Under the pieces are notes generated by a model. That model saw only the letters and a list, made by a program, of their open reading frames with translations, did no database searches and was not told where the DNA came from. DNA of 44,244 nt, taken from contig CABMEP010000051.1 of assembly GCA_902385155.1 (NCBI GenBank), positions 1 through 44,244 on the forward strand, written 5' to 3'. Shown here one piece after another: positions 25,755 to 34,555 of the stretch. The DNA comes from an uncultured archaeon. GTDB taxonomy: Archaea; Micrarchaeota; Micrarchaeia; CABMEP01. Position 1 is the stretch's first letter, and every line of letters begins with the position of its first letter. The translations under genes and the position numbers were made by a program.

Positions 25755-27512
25755 CTATTTTCTGGTCAGCCTGGTTATGAGATCGAGCAGGTCCAGCTCC
25801 TGCCCTGTGAGCATGCTCTTGTACTTCTGCTGGAGCGTCAGCGCGTGCTTGAATGGGACGGCAGTGTAGAATATGTCGCCTTCGAATATGTGCCTGCCGA
25901 TGATCGGCTCGTCGACGGATATGGCGACTTCGTCCCCTTGCTTCGCCTCGGTCTTGCTCTGCTTCTCGGCCTGGATGCTCTTGATCCTGCCCACCGGCGT
26001 GCCGTCCTCCTTGATGAGCTCATCGCCCTGTTTTATCCTGCCGATGAGCACCTCTATCCCGAAGACAGCGGGCTTGTTCGCCCTGAACGCATAGCCGGGC
26101 ATGAACCTGATCTTGGCGGGGAACACGTAGGCCGCGAGGGCCTCTTCCTTCTCTCTCTGCTGCTCCGCCGCCTTCCATTCCTTGTACTGGTCGAACAGCG
26201 CGTAGATGATCTTGGAGGATATGACCGGGACTCCCTTGGACTTCGCTTCGTCCGCCAGCTCCGCCGGCACGTTGACGTTGAACGCCATGATGCCGCCGGC
26301 GTACCTGTCCTGGGCGCGGATGGAGACCGCTTCCATGACGTCGGTCTTCATGACCGGTCCGACGTCCGCCCTGCGGAGCCTGATGCCTTCCGCCTCTAGA
26401 AGCCGGGTGATCGCCTCCACCGAGCCGAGCGTGTCGGCGCGGAGGATGATGCCCGCGTTCTCGGTCTTGACGAGGATCTCCTTCATCTCCGAGTTCAGCT
26501 TGTCCTTCAGCTGCGTCTCCTCTGTCTCGTTTCTCGCCACGAGGAGCTCCGATCCCGGAAGCGCCTCCTCCAGGTCGGGAGTGAATATCTTGACGCCGGA
26601 CGCTGCCACGATCTCGTCCACGAAATTGAACCTGTCGCCAACGTCCCTCATCTCCACGAGCGGCTTCGGCTTGAGGAGGCCGCGTATCTTGGCGGACTTC
26701 GCGCCCGCCTTGGTCATGAAGACAACGGCGTCGCCCTTCCGGATGACCCCGTCATAGAGTATGACGTCGGCCGTGACCCCGAGCCCCTTCTCGAACTTGA
26801 TCTCGAGGATGCTGCCTTTCCCAGGGCCGGCCTCCTCGGTCTGGAGCTGCTTCTCCAGGAACTTCTGCGCGAGCCCCGCGAGGAACATGAGCAGTTCCGG
26901 GATTCCCTCGCGCGTCTTGGCGCTGACAGGAATGATCGCTATGTTCTTTGTGAAATCGCTGACGCGGTCGAATCGTTCGGCATTCAGGCCGTACTTCGAC
27001 AGCTCGCCGATGAGCGTGTATATCTTGTTGTCGAGCTCCGTCTGGACGTCCGGCCGCTGGGTCGGGAACGACTCGGTGAAGGAGGAATTCGGCCTCTTCC
27101 CCCAGCCCGGAACCAGATCGATCTTGTTGGCCGCGATCACGAACGGGGTCTTGTACTCCTTGAGGATCTCTATCGCCTCTATGGTCTGCGGTTGGAATCC
27201 CTGCGCCACGTCCACGACGAGGATCGCGAGGTCTGCTATGCTCCCTCCGCGCTTGCGGAGGTTGGTGAACGCGGCGTGCCCTGGCGTGTCCACCATGAGC
27301 AGCCCCGGGATGGTGAGATTGATAGGAATGAGCTTGGCGACGGGCCTGCACGTCTCCTTGATGACTGACAGGGGGACTTCGCTGGCGCCGATATGCTGCG
27401 TGATCGCCCCGGCCTCGCGGGATGCGACCGTGGTCTGGCGTATGCTATCGAGAATGGATGTCTTGCCGTGGTCGACGTGACCCATCACCACTACTATAGG
27501 CTGGCGCAGCAT
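25755..27512 (-). CDS. infB: translation initiation factor aIF5B (IF-2)
   Basis: G1 is GHVDHGKTS, G3 is DTPGH and G4 is NKID. The 585-aa length is typical of archaeal aIF5B. Confidence 0.95.
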   Translation of the reverse strand: MLRQPIVVVMGHVDHGKTSILDSIRQTTVASREAGAITQHIGASEVPLSVIKETCRPVAKLIPINLTIPGLLMVDTPGHAAFTNLRKRGGSIADLAILVVDVAQGFQPQTIEAIEILKEYKTPFVIAANKIDLVPGWGKRPNSSFTESFPTQRPDVQTELDNKIYTLIGELSKYGLNAERFDRVSDFTKNIAIIPVSAKTREGIPELLMFLAGLAQKFLEKQLQTEEAGPGKGSILEIKFEKGLGVTADVILYDGVIRKGDAVVFMTKAGAKSAKIRGLLKPKPLVEMRDVGDRFNFVDEIVAASGVKIFTPDLEEALPGSELLVARNETEETQLKDKLNSEMKEILVKTENAGIILRADTLGSVEAITRLLEAEGIRLRRADVGPVMKTDVMEAVSIRAQDRYAGGIMAFNVNVPAELADEAKSKGVPVISSKIIYALFDQYKEWKAAEQQREKEEALAAYVFPAKIRFMPGYAFRANKPAVFGIEVLIGRIKQGDELIKEDGTPVGRIKSIQAEKQSKTEAKQGDEVAISVDEPIIGRHIFEGDIFYTAVPFKHALTLQQKYKSMLTGQELDLLDLITRLTRK

Positions 27513-27567
27513 ATTCCATCACATTTACCGCAGTGGGCGTCATCTGCATGGCTCTCTCGTCGCCAGG

Positions 27568-27575
27568 TTAAAAAC
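27568..27575 (+). promoter_or_regulatory. TATA box for epimerase gene
   Basis: TTAAAAAC begins ~29 nt upstream of ATG 27597. Confidence 0.5.
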
Positions 27576-27596
27576 CCTTGCCGTCCTATAGGTAAT

Positions 27597-28679
27597 ATGC
27601 GCTGTTTTGTGACAGGTGCTACCGGCCGACTGGGAAGCGTCCTCGTGAAGGCGCTCCTGGACAGGCATCATTTCGTCACCGCTCTGGTGACGGATGAGAA
27701 CGAGAGGATGAAGCTGCCGAAGGGAGCGGAAGCCATAGTCGGAGACATCACCGACCGCGCCGCAGTGGAGAAGGGAGTGGGCGAGTGCCAGGTGGTGTTC
27801 CATCTCGCGGCCCTGGTCAGCTACACCGCCAGCTGGGAGCAACTGGAAAGAGTCAACATCAAGGGCACCAGGACGGTGGCGGACGCATGCTCGAAACACA
27901 AGACGAGGCTCATCTACGTGAGCACCACCGGAGTATACGGGAAGAGGCTCGCCGAGATGCCCGCGAACGAGAAGACACCGACGAACCCTACCGACCTCTA
28001 CGGGAAGTCTAAGCTGGAGGCGGAGCGCATAGTCGGCTCCTATTTCGGGACGTTCCCCTACATGATATTCAGGCCTGCGGTCATATACGGCCCGCCGTTC
28101 TTCGACGTCTACGCGAGGGTGCTGAAGAAGATAGAGAACGGCAGCATGCAGGTGCTGGGAGACGGGAAGAACGTGATACCGTTCGTGCACTCTGATGATG
28201 TGGTGGAAGCGCTCATGCTCGGGGCGCGTTCGGAGCTGCCCGCAGGGACGTTCGTCCTGGCGGGGAATTCCACCATGACCCAGGAAGCGATCTACAGGTT
28301 CGCGGCCGAGGCGCTCGGAGTGGAGTTCAAGCCGGGGCACACTAGCCCAGGCGTGGCGAAGGCTTTAATTAGCTTAACCTCATTGGTGAAGAAGAGCGGC
28401 ATCAGCGATGAGGACGTCAACGTGCTCTCCTCGCACAGGATTTTCGACACCAACCGCGCGGAGAAGATCCTCGGATGGAAACCGGGGACCAACCTCATGG
28501 AAGGCATCCGCCAGATGGTGGAGATGTACAACGAGAGGAAGAGCAGGATAGCGAAGATACAGGAGATGAGGAAGCTGAAGGAGCAAGGACAGAAACCTCA
28601 GCGCCCCGTGGCCTCCGGCAAACCCGGGGAATCTGACGATCATATGGGTGAGATCAATGGCAATGTCAAACAAGATTGA
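27597..28679 (+). CDS. NAD-dependent epimerase/dehydratase (extended SDR) with K/E-rich C-terminal tail
   Basis: The Rossmann motif is VTGATGRLGS and the catalytic YxxxK is YGKSK. The start is set at ATG 27597; the upstream part of the track ORF is antisense to infB. Confidence 0.85.
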   Translation: MRCFVTGATGRLGSVLVKALLDRHHFVTALVTDENERMKLPKGAEAIVGDITDRAAVEKGVGECQVVFHLAALVSYTASWEQLERVNIKGTRTVADACSKHKTRLIYVSTTGVYGKRLAEMPANEKTPTNPTDLYGKSKLEAERIVGSYFGTFPYMIFRPAVIYGPPFFDVYARVLKKIENGSMQVLGDGKNVIPFVHSDDVVEALMLGARSELPAGTFVLAGNSTMTQEAIYRFAAEALGVEFKPGHTSPGVAKALISLTSLVKKSGISDEDVNVLSSHRIFDTNRAEKILGWKPGTNLMEGIRQMVEMYNERKSRIAKIQEMRKLKEQGQKPQRPVASGKPGESDDHMGEINGNVKQD

Positions 28680-29415
28680 GAAGTACATCAATGACAGGAT
28701 GAAGAAGGAGAAGCTCCTGTTCGCGCTCATAGACCCGCTCGACTACAAGGACCTCAAGCACGCCACCGACTCCGCGGTCGCGGCCGCCGAGGGCGGCGCC
28801 GCGGTCATTCTCATCGGAGGATCGATCGGGGTGCAGGGAGAGATCCTGGACACTGTGGTCAAGGCGGTGAAGGCCCGCACCAAGGTGCCGGTCGTGCTCT
28901 TCCCGGGCAACATCGCGACGCTCACGAAATACGCTGACGCGGTCTACTTCATGTCGCTCCTCAACTCAAGGAATGCGTACTGGATCAGCCAGGCGCAGAT
29001 GCTCGGCGCACCCGTAGTCAAGGATCTCGGCATAGAGCCGCTGCCCATCGGCTACATCGTAGTGGAGCCAGGAGGATCGGTAGGATGGGTCGGCGACGCC
29101 AACCTCGTGCCGAGGGACAGGCCGAAGATCGCTGTAGCCCTCGCGCTCGCGGGACAGTACATGGGATCGCGCTTCATACTGATGGACGTCGGATCGGCGT
29201 CCAAGATAGGCCATGTGCCGCTCGAGATGGTCGGCGCGGTCAAGAGGTACATCGATGTCCCGCTCATCGTCGCGGGAGGGATCAAGACCCCTGAAGAGGC
29301 CAAGGCGGTCGCGAAGGCGGGCGCCGACATCATCCAGATAGGCACCATGATAGAGAAGAGCGCGGATGTCAAGTCCCTCTGCCAGAGGATCGTGAAGGAG
29401 ATCAACTCCCCGTGA
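28648..29415 (+). CDS. geranylgeranylglyceryl phosphate synthase (PcrB/GGGPS family)
   Basis: LFALIDP, VLFPGN, YIVVEPGGSVGWVG and PLIVAGGIKTPEEA. The start may be ATG 28657 or 28663. It overlaps the upstream gene by up to 32 nt. Confidence 0.9.
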   Translation: MRSMAMSNKIEKYINDRMKKEKLLFALIDPLDYKDLKHATDSAVAAAEGGAAVILIGGSIGVQGEILDTVVKAVKARTKVPVVLFPGNIATLTKYADAVYFMSLLNSRNAYWISQAQMLGAPVVKDLGIEPLPIGYIVVEPGGSVGWVGDANLVPRDRPKIAVALALAGQYMGSRFILMDVGSASKIGHVPLEMVGAVKRYIDVPLIVAGGIKTPEEAKAVAKAGADIIQIGTMIEKSADVKSLCQRIVKEINSP

Positions 29416-29464
29416 TCCCGGCGCCAGGCTAATCCTTTAAGAGACTGCCGTCAAATGGGTAGCG

Positions 29465-30688
29465 ATGGCAATCGGAACGATGGACATCGTGCTGCGGATT
29501 CTTGCGGCCACAGCCCTGGGCGGGCTTGTCGGCTCCGAGCGCGAGAGGATGCTCAAGCAGCACACCGCCGGCCTGAGGACGTTCGCATTCGTCACCATGC
29601 TCGGCGGTCTGGCGGGCGTCGCCATCGAACTGGGGATACCGTTCGCCGAGCTGTTCCCGATAATCGGATTCGCGGCGATAGTCGCCTATTCCTACTTCAT
29701 ATACAGGGAGAAGGGCATCGAGGCGCTCGGCATGACCACGCTGTCCGTGATGCCCATCATGTACCTGATCGGACTCATGTCCGGGATAGGCATGCTGGGA
29801 GAGGCGGCCGCGATAGAATTCATGGTGCTCGCCGTGCTGCTGGCGGGAAGGTCGCTGCACAAGGCGGTCGACACCCTCGACGAGAAGGAGATCAACGAAG
29901 TCATACAGTTCGGGCTCATACTGTTCGTCGTCTTCCCGCTGCTGCCGTCGACCCCGGTGGTGATAGACGGGATATCCATAGACTTCATGCTGCTGTTCGG
30001 GTTCGTCCTCCTCGTCTCCATGCTGAACCTCCTCGCGTTCCTCGTGCACAGGGTATTCAGGACCGAGACGAGCACCCTCACCGGTTTCATAGGCGGAGTG
30101 ATCAACTCCAGCATCACCATCCACGACATCGCGAGGAGCAAGGAGGAGAAGAGCGCCGGGCGGGCGAGCGGCGCCACCGCGGCCATGCTCGGGAGCATAG
30201 CGAGGAACACGCTGCTCGCCGCGGTCGTGATGCCGGACATATTCACGGTCCTGCTGCCCCTGTTCGCGATCATCGGTTCGGTCATGATCATCCTCATGTA
30301 CATAGAGAGGAGAGAGTCGAAATCGCTCCTGGAAGTGGAGCACAACTTCACGGTGATCAACGGACTGAAGCTGGCCGGCATGCTCCTGGTGATACTCGCC
30401 GCGTTCCAGCTGATGGCCAATAACTTCCCGGACTACGTGCCCCTCCTCGCGCTCGTGAGCGGGGCGGTGAGCAGCGGATACACCATGCTGTCGCTGGGGA
30501 CGGTATACGCGACGATAGGGGTGAAGGAGACGATCATGTCCGTCGCGCTGACAGTCATAGGCAGTTTCGCCACGTCCACCGCGGTGGCGTACATGTACGG
30601 AACGAGGAGGTTCGGCACCACGGTGCTGAAGCAGTCCCTCGTCGCCGCGGTGCTGCTGCTCGGGTACGTATTGCTGATAGCCGCATAA
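29465..30688 (+). CDS. MgtC/SapB-family membrane protein with DUF4010-like extension
   Basis: ILAATALGGLVGSERE...HTAGLRTF is the MgtC N-terminal signature. About 10 TM helices follow. Confidence 0.8.
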   Translation: MAIGTMDIVLRILAATALGGLVGSERERMLKQHTAGLRTFAFVTMLGGLAGVAIELGIPFAELFPIIGFAAIVAYSYFIYREKGIEALGMTTLSVMPIMYLIGLMSGIGMLGEAAAIEFMVLAVLLAGRSLHKAVDTLDEKEINEVIQFGLILFVVFPLLPSTPVVIDGISIDFMLLFGFVLLVSMLNLLAFLVHRVFRTETSTLTGFIGGVINSSITIHDIARSKEEKSAGRASGATAAMLGSIARNTLLAAVVMPDIFTVLLPLFAIIGSVMIILMYIERRESKSLLEVEHNFTVINGLKLAGMLLVILAAFQLMANNFPDYVPLLALVSGAVSSGYTMLSLGTVYATIGVKETIMSVALTVIGSFATSTAVAYMYGTRRFGTTVLKQSLVAAVLLLGYVLLIAA

Positions 30689-30701
30689 CGAGTGCTGATT
30701 C

Positions 30702-31448
30702 TCAATCCGACGCGACAGGCAGCGGCTGCTGCGCGGACTCGCTCCTGCGTGTGGCGAGGACATCCCGGATGAGGCCGTTCGCCTTCTTTGAGACGCTCTC
30801 CACGTAGTCCTCGTCCGCCAGGAAATCGACGTTGGCGTCTATCCATATCGTGGGCGTGTGCGCGGAGATGGAGTGGAACTCCTTCCTGTACTCGTCGATG
30901 AGCCTGCCCCAGTAGTCGTAATCGAGGGCTTCTCCTGTCTTCCTCTTCTTCAGCCGGTCGTTGATGCAGGTGTCCACGCTGATGTCGAGGAATATGATGC
31001 CGTCCGGCCCGTTCAGGCCGTATGTCCGCATCATCGCGTCGCGGTAGTCGCAATAGGTGCCGAACGCGCCGTGGCTGAGCTTGCCGATGTCGTGGAGGTT
31101 CTTGGCGAACACGTAGTCGCCGAATATCGACCTGTCCTCGAGCGCGAGGCCGTTGAACCGCTGTATGTTGGCGCCCATGACGATCCTCGCGTTGAGGTAG
31201 TACATCTGCGACGCCATCGCGTAGACCTCCTTCATGCCGCCCTCGTAGAAGTCCTTCAGGAAGGGGTTCTGGTTCACGCGCTCCTCGAAGAACCGCACCG
31301 GCATGCTCGGGAGGCCGCGCTTGAGGCTGAAGACGAGTGGGGGCTTCTCGAAGAGGGCGCCCAGGTCGGACTTGCCGCTGCCGGAGATGCCCTCTATGGC
31401 GATATGCACCCGTCTCCCGGTCTCTTCTGCTACGTCCATTGTAATCAA
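30702..31448 (-). CDS. deoxynucleoside kinase-like P-loop kinase, paralogue 1
   Basis: The P-loop is IEGISGSGKS. LEDRSIFGDYVF is ERS-like and INDRLKKRKTGE is a LID-like basic segment. Confidence 0.7.
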   Translation of the reverse strand: MITMDVAEETGRRVHIAIEGISGSGKSDLGALFEKPPLVFSLKRGLPSMPVRFFEERVNQNPFLKDFYEGGMKEVYAMASQMYYLNARIVMGANIQRFNGLALEDRSIFGDYVFAKNLHDIGKLSHGAFGTYCDYRDAMMRTYGLNGPDGIIFLDISVDTCINDRLKKRKTGEALDYDYWGRLIDEYRKEFHSISAHTPTIWIDANVDFLADEDYVESVSKKANGLIRDVLATRRSESAQQPLPVASD

Positions 31449-31455
31449 TCCGGTC

Positions 31456-32232
31456 TCAATACTCGGTCAGCTTAGATTTCTTGGTCTCGCCGCTGCCCCA
31501 TCCCTGCCTGCGCAGCGCCTGCACGATGCGCTCCTCGATCTGCAGGTGGAAGCGCCTCAGGTCCGTCTTGCTGAGGTCGTTGTTCGCGTCTATCCTCACC
31601 AGCTTGTCCCCGAACCTCGGGATGTCGTTGGGCAGGATGTCCTCTATGAGCTCCCTGTAGAGCGTGTGCGTGTTTGTGAGGTAGTCGAGGCTCATCGCGC
31701 TCTCCGACTTCCTCCCCCGCTCCATCACGCGCCTGTACGCCACGCCCGGCTCGACGTCGATGTAGACGAAGACGTCGGGAGTCGGCGTCCTGTTGCGCAG
31801 CTTGGCGTATGTCGCGCAGTAGCTGTCGTAGAAATACTTGGCGATCCCGTCGCCCCCGGGGTCGCCGAAGAGGCCGGAGCGGAAGTCGTTCTCGAAGAAG
31901 ACGTACCTGTTCTCCTCCGGTATGCGCTCCACGATCGCGATCCCGTTGTCCCGGGAGGCCTCGGCCATCTGGTCCGCCCTGGCAGCCAGCATGGCCACCT
32001 CCGCGCCGAAGCACCCGTACCTGTCGCCGCGCTGGAAGGCGGGATAGAACACGGAGGCGGCGATGTCCTTCACGCGCTTCGACTCCTCGTAGACCTTGAG
32101 CTCGCCCGGCGTGATGAGCACGGAGGGCAGCTTGGAGCCGAGGCGCAGCGACTTCATCGACTTGATGAACTCGGATTTGCCTATTCCGATGCCGCCGAGG
32201 ACAGCTACGATCACTTCTGCCATGAGAATCAC
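31456..32232 (-). CDS. deoxynucleoside kinase-like P-loop kinase, paralogue 2
   Basis: The P-loop is LGGIGIGKSE, VERIPEENRYVF is the ERS-like segment and the LID is AYRRVMERGRKSE. The start overlaps the paralogue 3 stop by 4 nt. Confidence 0.7.
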   Translation of the reverse strand: MILMAEVIVAVLGGIGIGKSEFIKSMKSLRLGSKLPSVLITPGELKVYEESKRVKDIAASVFYPAFQRGDRYGCFGAEVAMLAARADQMAEASRDNGIAIVERIPEENRYVFFENDFRSGLFGDPGGDGIAKYFYDSYCATYAKLRNRTPTPDVFVYIDVEPGVAYRRVMERGRKSESAMSLDYLTNTHTLYRELIEDILPNDIPRFGDKLVRIDANNDLSKTDLRRFHLQIEERIVQALRRQGWGSGETKKSKLTEY

Positions 32233-33053
32233 TCTGGGCCTGGTTCAGGCTCTTCCTTGGCTCGGCCGGCACTGCCGTTGATCCCGCGCTGCAGCAGTAT
32301 CTTCTTCGCTCTCTGCTCTATGTAGAGGTGGAATTTCTCGAGTTCTTCGGAACTGAAATCCTTGTTCGCGTCTATTATCAGGCACCTGTCCTTGAAATCC
32401 GGGATGATGCTGGGTAGTATCACATCCACTAGCCGCTCGTATAATCCGTGGATCTCGGTAACGTACGCTTCGGTCAGGCCCTGCTCGGATGCGAGCCCGC
32501 CCCCCTTCTTCAGCTCCGCCATCCTCCGGTTGAAGGCAGTCGTCGGCGATGTGGAAAGGTAGATGAACAGGTCCGGCGGCGTCAGCGACTTGACTAGGCT
32601 GTCGAATATCGTGCAGTAATCGTCGAATTGCTCCGGGCTGAGCAGTCCGCCCTTGACCAGGTTCTTGACGAACACGTACCGCATGTCGTACACGCAGCGC
32701 TCCCTGAAGATTATCCCGCCCTGCCTCATGTCCTCCCGCTCTTCCTGGACGGTGCTGCGTAGGATCGCGACCTCGCTCATGAAGAGAAGATCCGATTTAG
32801 TCGTCTGGATGGTCGGGAACTTCTGATTCCCGGTCTGAAACGTCACGTTGTCCTGCTGCAGATATAAAGTCGGATAAAAGAACTTGTCCACGATGTGAAG
32901 CGACCGCGGGGACTCTCTCCTCACGTTCAATTCCCCGGGCATGCTCAACAATGGGAGAAGGTCCAACCCGGTCTTTTTCGTCTCCACGCTATTGAGCAGC
33001 GTGGATTTCCCCCCTCCGATATTGCTCAAGAGCACGATCTTGATCTCAGCCAC
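32229..33053 (-). CDS. deoxynucleoside kinase-like P-loop kinase, paralogue 3 (most divergent)
   Basis: The P-loop is LSNIGGGKST, FRERCVYDMRYVF is the ERS-like segment and AFNRRMAELKKGG is a degenerate LID. Confidence 0.65.
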   Translation of the reverse strand: MAEIKIVLLSNIGGGKSTLLNSVETKKTGLDLLPLLSMPGELNVRRESPRSLHIVDKFFYPTLYLQQDNVTFQTGNQKFPTIQTTKSDLLFMSEVAILRSTVQEEREDMRQGGIIFRERCVYDMRYVFVKNLVKGGLLSPEQFDDYCTIFDSLVKSLTPPDLFIYLSTSPTTAFNRRMAELKKGGGLASEQGLTEAYVTEIHGLYERLVDVILPSIIPDFKDRCLIIDANKDFSSEELEKFHLYIEQRAKKILLQRGINGSAGRAKEEPEPGPE

Positions 33054-33403
33054 AGAATCATCCCACGCGCGCGTCCGAGGCCGTACTATGGCATCGACGT
33101 GCGAAACGAAAGCCCTCCCACAGGCCGATAGTATCTGCCCGTTCGGATTTATATTCCTTGTTCATTTTTCGCTGTGGAATGCCGTTTGGATGGGACGGAA
33201 GTGAAAGTTTAAATGCGGAAGCCGCGCGGACAGCCCCGGGACGGATAGCGTTTAATAGATGCGCGGCCAAATCTGGCTGGTGTGGGAACGTGGGTCTTCT
33301 AGCGAGAGTGCCTAAGGGTTCGCCGGCAAAGCGCACGGCGGATGGTTTCGATTTCAGTTCTGTCCCCCAGCTCACGCCCTGGAACGACCGGGCGTTCCGA
33401 AGG

Positions 33404-34441
33404 ATGATCCCGAAGGAAGGGTTCCTGCATGATGACGCCGCGCGGGGAGGGATGACATACGCGCGGACGCACAGGCTGAAGCACAGGATCGTCAGGATGC
33501 CGCTGAAATGGATATACGACGACGACAATCAGATGAGGAAGACCTACGACTGGGAGTACATCCGCCACCTCGCGGACACGGTAGGCGTCATAGGCCTGCT
33601 CCACCCCATCTCGCTATTAGAGGAGATTCCGCACCAGAGATACACGATCATCGCAGGCCACTGCAGGACCAGGGCGGCCTGGCTGCTCGGATGGAACAGG
33701 ATACCCTCGATCGTGTTCAAGGCGCTCAACGAGGAGACGCGCATAGAGATACAGATATCCGAGAACACCTACCAGCCTGTCCCGCCATGGGAAGCGGCGG
33801 AGAAGTACGTGGAGCTGCATGACGGACTGGTCAGGAAATACGGGAAGTTCCCGCTGGCGGAGCTCGCCAGGATCATAGGCAGGAGCCCGAGCGCGCTCAG
33901 CGACGCCCGCGAATTCGTCACGATCAGCCCTTTCGTGAAGGACTGCGTCAGGGACGGCCACTTCCCGTACGGGGGGGCGGTCTGCCTCGCGAAGATAAAG
34001 GCGAACGGAGCCCAGGACGAGATCGCCGTGAACGCCATGAACTCCTGCGGATTCAAGACGTACGGGGACATCCAGAACGAATTCGCCGTGAACGCCATGG
34101 TCAACCATACGCGCGTGCTCGTCAGGCACGTGAAGGCGCTCGTGGAAAGCTACATCATGGCGAAGAACCAGACCTCGATGGAGGAACTCATGTACAAGTC
34201 GAGGGAAGAGGCGGAGAAGGAGATGGCGAACGCGCGGAGATTCCATGTCGAACAGGTGGCCCACCGCTCGATGATGGAGATGCGCGGCTACTGGGAACGT
34301 ATACTGTACCTGCATCGGAAGAACCAAGGGACGCAGTACGACCCCCTGCTCAACGAATCGGTGCGCGAGCGCTTCGGCGAGCTGGAGCAGACGGTCGCTA
34401 AGATACGCGCTGAACTGGACGGGCGCAAGAAAAAGGAATAA
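33404..34441 (+). CDS. ParB/Srx-fold N-terminal domain protein with long helical C-terminal region
   Basis: WEYIRHLADTVGVIGLLHPISLL...YTIIAGHCRTRAAWLLGWNRIPSIV matches the ParB N-domain, with GHCR in place of GERR. The start is uncertain: in-frame GTG 33290, ATG 33404 or ATG 33452. The track ORF begins at 33158. Confidence 0.65.
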   Translation: MIPKEGFLHDDAARGGMTYARTHRLKHRIVRMPLKWIYDDDNQMRKTYDWEYIRHLADTVGVIGLLHPISLLEEIPHQRYTIIAGHCRTRAAWLLGWNRIPSIVFKALNEETRIEIQISENTYQPVPPWEAAEKYVELHDGLVRKYGKFPLAELARIIGRSPSALSDAREFVTISPFVKDCVRDGHFPYGGAVCLAKIKANGAQDEIAVNAMNSCGFKTYGDIQNEFAVNAMVNHTRVLVRHVKALVESYIMAKNQTSMEELMYKSREEAEKEMANARRFHVEQVAHRSMMEMRGYWERILYLHRKNQGTQYDPLLNESVRERFGELEQTVAKIRAELDGRKKKE

Positions 34442-34462
34442 AAAAGAAAGAGAGGGCGCGCG

Positions 34463-34555
34463 TTACTCTTCCGTCACTCTTATCATCATCCCTTCCCTAG
34501 CGGCGACGGTGTTCGGGAACTCCCTCTGCGCAGCCTCCTCTATCTTCCTCACCTT
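34463..34555 (-). other. in-frame continuation of the MBL gene beyond TAG 34556-34558
   Basis: Hand translation after the TAG gives KVRKIEEAAQREFPNTVAAREGMMIRVTEE*, with TAA at 34463-34465. This resembles the usual C-terminus of this MBL subfamily (...F P N ..A.EGM.I.). Confidence 0.6.

Noticed and set aside
33054-33452. SRP RNA or RNase P RNA in the long spacer.
   Set aside because: I could not find the hallmark strings on either strand. There is no GGAAAGUCC-type P4 strand and no helix-8 GGAA…AGCA motif. The interval is kept only as an unassigned structured spacer.
33429-33505. A C/D-box sRNA-like string: AUGAUGA at 33429-33435, followed by CUGA motifs ~55 and ~75 nt downstream.
   Set aside because: The spacing does not fit a C-guide-D'-C'-guide-D layout and no credible C' box is present. 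The segment lies in or next to the ParB-like coding frame.
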